From Candidatus Moraniibacteriota bacterium (GTDB lineage: Bacteria; Patescibacteriota; Minisyncoccia; Moranbacterales; UBA2206): a DNA stretch of 64,000 bases. A model generated the notes under the pieces. That model saw only the letters and a list, made by a program, of their open reading frames with translations, ran no database searches and had not been told where the DNA came from. Of this stretch, positions 10,749 to 18,794 are shown piece by piece. The first letter of the stretch is position 1, and each line of letters begins with the position of its first letter. The translations under genes were made by a program, and so were the position numbers. Where the stretch lies: contig JBAQNU010000004.1 of NCBI GenBank assembly GCA_049304095.1, positions 8,594 through 72,593 on the forward strand. Direction: 5' to 3'.

Positions 10749-12331
10749 TCCGTTTTATTTTTATAATAAATAACGTACCCATCAAAACTTTTTCGCACAA
10801 AAGCATCACTTCCCAACAACTCCTTATCGGGAAAATTACTGAGAAAAGTTTTTTCCATTTTAGGGAAAAGGATTATAACATTAAATGTTTTATCCGTATT
10901 ATTTTCATATCTGTTTTTTCCATAAGCACTTCCAAACCCCATTATCAACTGCTTTTCAAAGTCAGAATATGATGCTTTCTTGTATACTGGATATACATAT
11001 AAACTCTTTCTGTCTAATTCATATCTAATATAATAATTGATTGAATCTGTCCATTCAGTATTTGCAGCCGGTTCGCCAACAATTAAAAAATTATCTTCCC
11101 TGGAAGTTTCCGACTTGATGATACTAGATATATTTCCGATATTCCTTCCCTCTTGCGCGAAATCTTGTGCGCCGCTAAAAGTGCTCCGCGCGTCGCCCAT
11201 GATGAAAAGCGCTGTCAAAATAAGCATGCCTGACCATATAATTTTATTGCCTTTTTTAATTTGTCCAAACAAATAAACAACCGCTAACGCATACGCTAGG
11301 GCGGCTGGCACCAAGTATCTTTCGAAAAATCCTGATTTTGCATAAAGAATAACTTGCGGTATTAAAATGGCCAAAAAAAGAGCTACTGGAAATATAAATT
11401 CCTTTAACACTTCTACTTTTTCGTTACGCGCCTTTATCCTCCAGATGAAAACGACTATCAGGACTACCTGCATAAAAACAATAATACTCGCGTGAACATT
11501 TTTTGCCAATTGCAAAAATGCCATAACATAGGATTTTAGATCAAAGCCATAGACTCCTGCATATCCCGTTCCGCCAGTCCCAATAAAAATTTTTATATAC
11601 AGTATGCACCCCGCAAAAACAACCGAAAGTGCGCCGATGCTCACGAGATTTTTTTTAATTGCGTCTCTCAATGAAAACTTATTTTTAAGCATTGAAAGAT
11701 AGACTGAAAACAAAATAAGTGCTGGCAAAAGAAGCAAGAAGCTTTCCTTCGACAGCGCCATAAAAGTTGCCATTGCGACAAACAACACCTTAAATGCTTT
11801 TTCTCTTTTTCCTGCAGTAATCTTAATTAACCCAAGAAAAAACAACGTCACGGACATCAAAAACATACCCAGTGTTTCGTTGGGTCCCAGTCGCCACCAG
11901 ATTGACGCCTGAGGACCAACAAGCACCAGAAAGGGAAATAGGCTCGATTCAATAAGAGAAAAACCCAGTAATTGCAAAAAACAAAAAAGGAAAAAAGAGG
12001 TGAAAATCGCAAGGCAAGCAGTATATACCGACCAAGTAGTAAAATTAGTGCTAAATATTTTTGTCTCTATCACTCGATGGATAAAATATAAAGGGCGAAA
12101 GCGATGAGTAGAAATCTGATCATTTTTCATCCATTTTCCTGCCACGGCAATGGTGCTTTCCGTTTTCAAATCGTTGTTTATCCGCACAATCTCATGATCA
12201 TCGGTCAGGTGATATCCAGAAGTGAGTGTGCCGGAAAAGCCCAAAAACGCCAGCCAGAAAATGGCAAAAAAAAGGAACGCCGCGTAGTAGTTTTTGTGTT
12301 TGATTTCCTTTAATTTCTTAATAATTTCCAT
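10745..12331 (-). CDS. GT-C fold membrane glycosyltransferase candidate (ArnT/PMT-like)
   Basis: First TM is followed by HLTDDHEIV (a DD/DE loop motif of GT-C enzymes). Has more than 10 TM helices and a C-terminal soluble domain. Confidence 0.6.
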   Translation of the reverse strand: MEIIKKLKEIKHKNYYAAFLFFAIFWLAFLGFSGTLTSGYHLTDDHEIVRINNDLKTESTIAVAGKWMKNDQISTHRFRPLYFIHRVIETKIFSTNFTTWSVYTACLAIFTSFFLFCFLQLLGFSLIESSLFPFLVLVGPQASIWWRLGPNETLGMFLMSVTLFFLGLIKITAGKREKAFKVLFVAMATFMALSKESFLLLLPALILFSVYLSMLKNKFSLRDAIKKNLVSIGALSVVFAGCILYIKIFIGTGGTGYAGVYGFDLKSYVMAFLQLAKNVHASIIVFMQVVLIVVFIWRIKARNEKVEVLKEFIFPVALFLAILIPQVILYAKSGFFERYLVPAALAYALAVVYLFGQIKKGNKIIWSGMLILTALFIMGDARSTFSGAQDFAQEGRNIGNISSIIKSETSREDNFLIVGEPAANTEWTDSINYYIRYELDRKSLYVYPVYKKASYSDFEKQLIMGFGSAYGKNRYENNTDKTFNVIILFPKMEKTFLSNFPDKELLGSDAFVRKSFDGYVIYYKNKTE

Positions 12332-12344
12332 AACTTTATAATCC

Positions 12345-12674
12345 TTATTTTAAAATCAAAATAATCGATGCCAGGCCCAAAAGAATTCCTAGGGATTGTT
12401 TCAATGTGATAGTCTCTTTGAAAAACAGCGCGCCGGTGGCGACCACAATCAGCATCACGCCAATGGTCATTATGGGACTGATTTTGCTCAAATCAAAAAT
12501 TTTGAGCACATAGGCATAGAGGCCAAAAGACACGACATAGAATAGTCCCCCGAGCACGAAAAACAAGAAAAAATCAAACTCTTTGAAAAAGGCGAACTGA
12601 CTGGATTTTTTGAGCATAATTTGCGCCAGGGCGCTGGTGATGATGCCGAGTGCGACAAGAAGATAGGCAAGCAT
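12345..12674 (-). CDS. 4-TM SMR/EamA-like small transporter (ArnE/ArnF- or GtrA-type lipid-linked sugar flippase candidate)
   Basis: 109 aa with four hydrophobic helices. Sandwiched between GT-C-like and GT2 genes. Confidence 0.55.
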   Translation of the reverse strand: MLAYLLVALGIITSALAQIMLKKSSQFAFFKEFDFFLFFVLGGLFYVVSFGLYAYVLKIFDLSKISPIMTIGVMLIVVATGALFFKETITLKQSLGILLGLASIILILK

Positions 12675-12692
12675 ATTTTTTATTTGAAAAAA

Positions 12693-13964
12693 TTATTTAA
12701 TTGTAATTGAATCTACTCCATAGAAGCGACTGGCGCCCAAGTGATTGTGGCGAGAAAGCGTTTCGCCGAGCAATTTTTCATTTTTAACCCTGCCAATTCG
12801 TTCCACCATAATATCTTTTTTATTATCCGCTTTTTGCGTTGAAATTGAGTTTTCTCTTTGAGCATATTCTTTTGCCAGCGCGTCAGACTCAACGAGCGTC
12901 TTTTGAACAGAGAAAGCTAGGACGGGGAAAATCGCAAGCACCAGCGCGTATTTTATTTTCCAAAAACTCGTCTGCAACAAAAATCGACTGGCAAAAATGA
13001 TGAGAAAAATACTGCTGAAAAAATAGGCGCGAGGTGGAAAATAGGGAAAAAAGATGCTCAAGGCGTCAAGCGCAATTGCCGTGACTAGCGCAATTTGCAT
13101 TACCCGGTCAATAACGATTCCCCTCTTTCTAAATAATAACCTATCTAAGAAATAGACGCAAAAAATAGCCCCTGCAATAATCCACAGCCAAGATTGATGT
13201 TCCGGCGCGCCGGGAATAAGTTTGGTCAGGTTATGAGAAATCGTGCCTGCGATTTTTTCAGTTTGCCCGTTAGTGCCAAATTTTATAAAATTACCCGGGG
13301 CAAGCAGTTGCACAGATAGTCCCCCGAAAACTCCCACGACACCAGAAATACTCCAATGCAAAAACAATTGTTTTTGTTTCCAAAAAACCAGACTGCCCAA
13401 AAAACTTAAAAACAAAATAATCGGCGCCAAAAGTTCGTGCGAATTGCCTGCGAAAAATCCAAGCAAAAACATGAGGCAAATCCCTCCGAGAGATTTTTTC
13501 AAAAATAGATCTTGCTTTTCAATGAGCAGTTTTTTATAGGGCCACAAAAACATAAGACCTAAAACAGCCATCCAAAGATAGACGACCGATCCGCACATCC
13601 AAAACAGCGTCTGATTGGGAGCGGGCAGGCAAAACCACAGCAAACTGAAAATTCCCAACAGTCCGACTGGTTTTAGTTTTTTTTCTTCGCTGGAGAAAAA
13701 ATATATCGCAACACCCAAAAGCACAAACATCAAAGCGTTGAAAATAGCAAAAATAGGCTTACCCCAAAGCACAAAAAGTTCGATGAGAAAATTAGCCACA
13801 CTGCGACCATTGAGGCCAAAATAGAAAGTGGGCAGTGACGCAAGTACGTCCGAAAAATGCTCGACTCTTTTTTCTCCGTAGGCAAAATAGAACGCCCAAT
13901 CATCTGACCAAATTGGCGTTCGTTTGTTGAGGAGATAAAATATTACAAAAACAGCAACAAGCAT
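12693..13964 (-). CDS. GT-C-like polytopic membrane protein
   Basis: SDDWAFYFAY motif after the first TM. The track ORF extends to 14093, but an internal ATG at 13964 avoids a 90-nt overlap with the upstream GT2. Confidence 0.55.
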   Translation of the reverse strand: MLVAVFVIFYLLNKRTPIWSDDWAFYFAYGEKRVEHFSDVLASLPTFYFGLNGRSVANFLIELFVLWGKPIFAIFNALMFVLLGVAIYFFSSEEKKLKPVGLLGIFSLLWFCLPAPNQTLFWMCGSVVYLWMAVLGLMFLWPYKKLLIEKQDLFLKKSLGGICLMFLLGFFAGNSHELLAPIILFLSFLGSLVFWKQKQLFLHWSISGVVGVFGGLSVQLLAPGNFIKFGTNGQTEKIAGTISHNLTKLIPGAPEHQSWLWIIAGAIFCVYFLDRLLFRKRGIVIDRVMQIALVTAIALDALSIFFPYFPPRAYFFSSIFLIIFASRFLLQTSFWKIKYALVLAIFPVLAFSVQKTLVESDALAKEYAQRENSISTQKADNKKDIMVERIGRVKNEKLLGETLSRHNHLGASRFYGVDSITIK

Positions 13965-14004
13965 CAGAAAAGAAACAAGTGCGTCGCTTTTTTTAAAAAA
14001 AGTT

Positions 14005-14937
14005 TTAATCACAATTCTTTTCCTTAATAATATAGTTCGGCCGGCCCTTGGCTTGCATAAACAGCTTTCCAATATATTCCCCCATAATACCAAAAGTAAT
14101 GAGTTGTATGCCAGACAAAAAGAGCACGCTCACGAGCACTGAAGTCCAACCGGAAAGCGCGCTGTCGGTGAAAATTTTGACATAGAGCGCATAGATTGCA
14201 TAGAGAAAAGCCAAAAAAGCAATTACAAAGCCAACTACTGTGGCCAAGCGAAGTGGTTTTACGCTAAAAGACGTGATGCCGGTGATGGCAAAGGAGATCA
14301 TTTTTTTCAAAGAATATTTGGTTTTGCCGGCAAAGCGCTCTTCCGGCGCATATTCAATGGCAAATTGGTCAAAACCAAGCCACGCCACAAGACCGCGCAA
14401 GAAAAAAGTATTTTCCTCAATTTTCAAAATAATCTCCACAATTTGGCGGTCGAGCAAACGAAAATCGGCCGCACCACGCGGAATGTTCACATCCGACAGT
14501 TTTGCCATGAGAGCATAGAACAATTTAGCAGTGCCTTTTTTGAAAAAAGACAGTTTTTGCGAATCTTGACGCACAGTATAGACGATTTTGAAACCTTCTT
14601 GCCATTTTTCTACTAACTTCGGAATTAGTTCCGGCGGGTGTTGCAAATCGCCGTCCATGGAAACCACGCAGTCTCCGCTGGCATAAGCGAGCCCGGCGCG
14701 CAAAGCATTTTGATGGCCGAAATTGCGCGAAAAAGACAGATATTTGATTTTTTCATTTTCCACGCTCAATTTTTTGATAAGCGAAAGCGTCTTGTCTTTT
14801 GAGCCATCATCAACAAAAATCACTTCATAATTTTCTATTGTCGCAAGCGCTTTTGTCAGGCGCCCATTTAATTCCAAAATATTTGGCTCTTCATTGAAAA
14901 TAGGCACGACAACGGATAGTTTGAAATTGTTGTTCAT
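14005..14937 (-). CDS. GT2 polyprenyl-phosphate glycosyltransferase (GtrB/ArnC-like) with C-terminal TM pair
   Basis: LSVVVPIFNEE, VFVDDGSKD and DGDLQHP motifs, plus two C-terminal TM helices typical of GtrB. Confidence 0.85.
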   Translation of the reverse strand: MNNNFKLSVVVPIFNEEPNILELNGRLTKALATIENYEVIFVDDGSKDKTLSLIKKLSVENEKIKYLSFSRNFGHQNALRAGLAYASGDCVVSMDGDLQHPPELIPKLVEKWQEGFKIVYTVRQDSQKLSFFKKGTAKLFYALMAKLSDVNIPRGAADFRLLDRQIVEIILKIEENTFFLRGLVAWLGFDQFAIEYAPEERFAGKTKYSLKKMISFAITGITSFSVKPLRLATVVGFVIAFLAFLYAIYALYVKIFTDSALSGWTSVLVSVLFLSGIQLITFGIMGEYIGKLFMQAKGRPNYIIKEKNCD

Positions 14938-14943
14938 TTTATT

Positions 14944-15120
14944 TAGGAGCTACGCATTTCCCCTCACAGCCATATTGACTAAAAAAATGACTCGAATGCT
15001 CTTTTTTCTTTTCAAAACTTTCCCTCATTCGACGGCATCCGGTGGAAAGTTTTGAAGAAAAAAGGCATTCTCAAACAGGATTTTTTTAGCCAATACGGCT
15101 GCTTCGGGCAAGTGCGTAAG
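14944..15120 (+). repeat. MITE-like structured intergenic repeat, copy 1
   Basis: About 175 bp. Outer imperfect inverted repeat cagccatattgactaaaaaaa / tttttttagccaatacggctg. Inner 13-bp hairpin ttcaaaactttcc-(17 nt)-ggaaagttttgaa. More than 90 percent identical to copies at 24988, 27165, 44568 and 47317. Confidence 0.9.
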
Positions 15121-15143
15121 ATACGTTATTATGTTAGATTATG

Positions 15144-16913
15144 TTATTGCATTTTTTCAAAATAGAATCCGGCGCCCAAATTTTGACTGTCAAACGCTTT
15201 GACTTCCGGCGAATAATAGGGCGTGCAGGGCAAGGGCAGGCTGCGACACTCATTATCATTTTTCGGTCGATAGACTGTGCTAATTTTGCCGTCTCTCGTC
15301 TTCATCTCTTTTTCATAAAACTGATTTGAATCGGTAAATGTGACATAGAAAACATTTTTAGGTTTTTTATTGATTCTTTCAATCGGACCCGCAATGATGA
15401 AAAGTTCGAAAGAAATAATCAGCACAAAGAAAATAACAAATCTAAGTGCATATTTATTCAGTACCCTATCTGCAATAGTAGCATAAATATCAACTAAAAA
15501 CAAACTGAAAATGGCGAGGCCGGAAGCAAAAAACATTATGAAAAACAAAAGGCTAAAGCGAATGTCTGGAGCGGAAAAAAACCAATATGCTAGATTCAAA
15601 ATCTGTACCAAGAACAACCAATAATACTTTTTTTGTTTTTTAAAGCTCAAAAAAAGATTAACCACCCAGACAATCAGCCCCGCAATAAACGGCATGGCGA
15701 CCAAATTTAAAAATAGGCGATCCGCCAAATTTCTTTTTAGCCAAGGCAAAAGCCAATAGAAAAGACCATTGTCCGCTGAGCTCATAAAATTTTCTCCTGG
15801 TAAGCGTGCCCAATAACGAATGGAATTATAGGCACCAAAAATTGCGCCTTCTGAGGCAGTCCAAGGAAAATTCGCGCGCAAAAAAGGCAAAGGAAAAAGC
15901 GGATAACCACTGGTTATTAAATTAGCGATAATGCTACCCAAAAAACCAAGAAATGGCAGAAAAAAAATCTTGCTTAAATTTTTCCAACTTACCAGTTTAT
16001 TCTTGATCAACAAATACAAAGAGAAAATTGCCACCATAAGCACGATTGCAGCAGCGTTTTGTTTCGACAGGTAGGCGGAAATGGAAAGCAAATTGATGGT
16101 AAAAAGAAATTCCAAAAGGGTACTTTTTTCATCAACCTCTCCACTCAAAAAATATTTCATTATTTCATTGATAATGATTGCGCCAAGAAACATCGGCAAA
16201 AGATCATAATATAGATTTGGAGCACTATTATAGGTGCCAAAATAATAAACAATGCTGGCCACAAGCAGTGGCACGACATAAGCAATCCGCCAAATTGTCA
16301 AACGCTTCTTCCCTTTTTCTGCAAGCATCAAAAAAACTTCCCAAATAAAATAGGCGCCAAAAGCAAAAAAGAATAGCCCTGGCATCACGAATGGGCTTTC
16401 ATTATCCCAAAGAGCATTATCGAACACAGCAGACAACTGCAAATAGCTTGAAAAACTTGCGAGACGAAAATGCAAATTAGCCAGTCCCGGCACCAACGGA
16501 TAGTGATTGAGCCAAGAAACGATGCCCATGTGATAGCCGGTCGTGTCCCCCTCTTTGGGAAATTTTTGTCCGCCAAGTGATGTAGATATGGTCAAAAGCA
16601 AAAGACTAATTACGAAAACAAGCAAAAATATCTGCTTGCGAGAAAAATCAATCGCCAAAAGCTTTGTTTTTTTTCTTGAAATAAAAAAAAGACTCAAAAG
16701 TCCAAAAAGCAAAACAAATAAAAGCACTGGTGTGTCAAATTTTCGAAAAAAAGACAAATAGCTAAGCGGAATGATTAAGGCGCTATAGCCCAAAAAAAAT
16801 AGCAGAACGGGATTTTCAACAACTCTTTTGTGCTTAAAAATTTTTCTGATTAGTTTTCCCCAACCAAAAAGCACGAGAAAAAACAAAATTATCGAACAAA
16901 AAATAAATAGCAT
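15144..16913 (-). CDS. polytopic membrane protein (589 aa), GT-C-like candidate
   Basis: More than 12 TM helices. Lies 4 nt downstream of a GtrB/GtrA fusion gene. Confidence 0.55.
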   Translation of the reverse strand: MLFIFCSIILFFLVLFGWGKLIRKIFKHKRVVENPVLLFFLGYSALIIPLSYLSFFRKFDTPVLLFVLLFGLLSLFFISRKKTKLLAIDFSRKQIFLLVFVISLLLLTISTSLGGQKFPKEGDTTGYHMGIVSWLNHYPLVPGLANLHFRLASFSSYLQLSAVFDNALWDNESPFVMPGLFFFAFGAYFIWEVFLMLAEKGKKRLTIWRIAYVVPLLVASIVYYFGTYNSAPNLYYDLLPMFLGAIIINEIMKYFLSGEVDEKSTLLEFLFTINLLSISAYLSKQNAAAIVLMVAIFSLYLLIKNKLVSWKNLSKIFFLPFLGFLGSIIANLITSGYPLFPLPFLRANFPWTASEGAIFGAYNSIRYWARLPGENFMSSADNGLFYWLLPWLKRNLADRLFLNLVAMPFIAGLIVWVVNLFLSFKKQKKYYWLFLVQILNLAYWFFSAPDIRFSLLFFIMFFASGLAIFSLFLVDIYATIADRVLNKYALRFVIFFVLIISFELFIIAGPIERINKKPKNVFYVTFTDSNQFYEKEMKTRDGKISTVYRPKNDNECRSLPLPCTPYYSPEVKAFDSQNLGAGFYFEKMQ

Positions 16914-16917
16914 TTTT

Positions 16918-18051
16918 TTAGTCCGCTTTGCGCTTATAAATTATCTCCTCCAATTTTTTCTTGAAAACCAATTTGTCATAACCGAAAAAATTAAGCACGA
17001 TGGCTAGGGCGACTCCGATGAGGGTGTTGGTCATATAGTCCACTCCGGACGACGCCAGGATAGGGAAAAGAATTAGTCTTGCTAGAAATGAAATTCCGGT
17101 GACAAGATGAAAATAGAAAAAAACTTTGAGAAAATTGCGCGTGGTTTCATATTTGTAGCGCCAAGTGATGAATGAGTGCAAAAATAGTCCCACCAGAACG
17201 CTCACTTCGATGCTTATAATATTAGCCACTTCCAAAAGACCACGCGTGTTGAAATTGCCATATTGCACTAATGCGTAGATGGCCAAAATTTGCGACAAGG
17301 CCACAAACACGCCATTGATGCCATATTTCACAAAATGGGCAAAGCCCGAAGTGTTATATTTAAAAATACACCAAAGAGCCCGCACACCGTCTTTCCAGCC
17401 AATATGCTTGCCTTCGTTATAGGTCCGGCCGTAATAGGAAATACCCACTTCATAGACCCGCACGTTTTTGGTGCGCGACAATTCCCCCACTTTGGCGGTG
17501 ATTTCCGGTTCAAAGCCAAACCGATTTTCTTCGATGGCAATTTGATCAAGCACGCTTTTGCGAAAAACCTTATAACAAGTTTCCATGTCAGTCAGATTCA
17601 AATCGGAAAAAACATTGGAAAGCAGTGTGAGAAATTTGTTCATCGTGGTGTGCCAGAAATAGAGAATGCGGTGCGATTGTCCGCCGATAAAACGCGAGCC
17701 AAAAACCACGTCAGCCTTTTCTTCCAAGATTGGCTTCAAAAGTTTGGGATATTCATTAGGGTCATATTCCAAATCAGCGTCTTGAATGATTACCAAGTCG
17801 CCAGTCGCTTTGCGAAATCCGGTGTTGAGCGCTCCGCCTTTGCCCTTGTTTTTGGCATGATAGAAAACGCGAATTTCCGGATCATTGATGTTTTTCAAAA
17901 TTTCACGCGTGCCATCCTTGGAACAGTCGTCCACCAAAATGAGCTCGCGCTCAGTGATTTTTTCCGGCAAAGTAACACTTTTGACAATTCCCACAATTTG
18001 GAGAATCGTCTTTTTTTCGTTGTAGATTGGGATGACGATGGATAGTTTCAT
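16918..18051 (-). CDS. GT2 polyprenyl-phosphate glycosyltransferase fused to a C-terminal GtrA-like membrane domain
   Basis: LSIVIPIYNE, LVDDCSKDGT and QDADLEYDP motifs, then four C-terminal TM helices (GtrA family pattern). Start placed at the internal MKLSIV. Confidence 0.8.
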   Translation of the reverse strand: MKLSIVIPIYNEKKTILQIVGIVKSVTLPEKITERELILVDDCSKDGTREILKNINDPEIRVFYHAKNKGKGGALNTGFRKATGDLVIIQDADLEYDPNEYPKLLKPILEEKADVVFGSRFIGGQSHRILYFWHTTMNKFLTLLSNVFSDLNLTDMETCYKVFRKSVLDQIAIEENRFGFEPEITAKVGELSRTKNVRVYEVGISYYGRTYNEGKHIGWKDGVRALWCIFKYNTSGFAHFVKYGINGVFVALSQILAIYALVQYGNFNTRGLLEVANIISIEVSVLVGLFLHSFITWRYKYETTRNFLKVFFYFHLVTGISFLARLILFPILASSGVDYMTNTLIGVALAIVLNFFGYDKLVFKKKLEEIIYKRKAD

Positions 18052-18070
18052 TTTTTGTATGGCGAAATGC

Positions 18071-18466
18071 TTAGAGATTTGCTTTTTCCTTGATTTTTCC
18101 GGCAATCAGATCAGCTATCTGCCAATACTGGACCAGTCTCGCATATAGCTCGTTGGCCATTTTTTCAGAATAGGTATGCACGGACAAGTTTCGATCATCG
18201 GTCATTGCCATACACTGCTCAATATTTTCCTCAGATAAATCTAAAATCACACGAATTTCCCGAAAGCAGGCCTTGGGAGAATTGCATTCAATTCCCTCAT
18301 ATTCCTTCAAATACATCTTCACCGTTTTCCAAAGCAATTCAAGGGAAAATTCATAGCGTTGAATTGTCGCATCACGATTGAGATCAGAAAATGGAGCATC
18401 CAATGCTTTTTTCCAAGCAATGAGTGCTTGCTCTAAATCAGAAAATTTTTCTTTTAGATAATCCAT
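18071..18466 (-). CDS. HEPN-domain nucleotidyltransferase substrate-binding protein (HI0074 family) toxin
   Basis: Typical HI0074-like sequence, 131 aa. Overlaps the partner MNT gene by 13 nt. Confidence 0.8.
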   Translation of the reverse strand: MDYLKEKFSDLEQALIAWKKALDAPFSDLNRDATIQRYEFSLELLWKTVKMYLKEYEGIECNSPKACFREIRVILDLSEENIEQCMAMTDDRNLSVHTYSEKMANELYARLVQYWQIADLIAGKIKEKANL

Positions 18467-18741
18467 ATTTTTGGTCCACCCATAACGCGCTCGCGAAATG
18501 GATCTTTAGTGTTATTGATATTAATTACATCGAATCTATAGGGCAAAGATGATTCGTCAAGGGCGTCTTTAATTTTGGAGATTGTCTTGTCTATTTCCTT
18601 TCTTTCACTGACAATCGCCAAGTCCACATCGTTGAATTTCGTGCCTTCCACGCTCGAGCCAAAAACAAAAACCCGCTCACCTTTTTCGAGTTGATGACTA
18701 AAAAGCTCTTTGATTTTGGCAATATATTTTTCCTCAAGCAT
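18454..18741 (-). CDS. minimal nucleotidyltransferase (MNT) antitoxin partner
   Basis: GSSVEGTKFNDVDLAIV, a polymerase-beta-type NTase motif (GS...DxD). Confidence 0.8.
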   Translation of the reverse strand: MLEEKYIAKIKELFSHQLEKGERVFVFGSSVEGTKFNDVDLAIVSERKEIDKTISKIKDALDESSLPYRFDVININNTKDPFRERVMGGPKIWII

Positions 18742-18794
18742 ATCCCTATCATAACCAATATTTCCGGTAAATGCAATAAAAGGCCACTATTCTC

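Noticed and set aside
17290-18045. 251-aa plus-strand ORF
   Set aside because: Entirely antisense to the well-supported GT2/GtrA fusion gene, with no recognisable domain.
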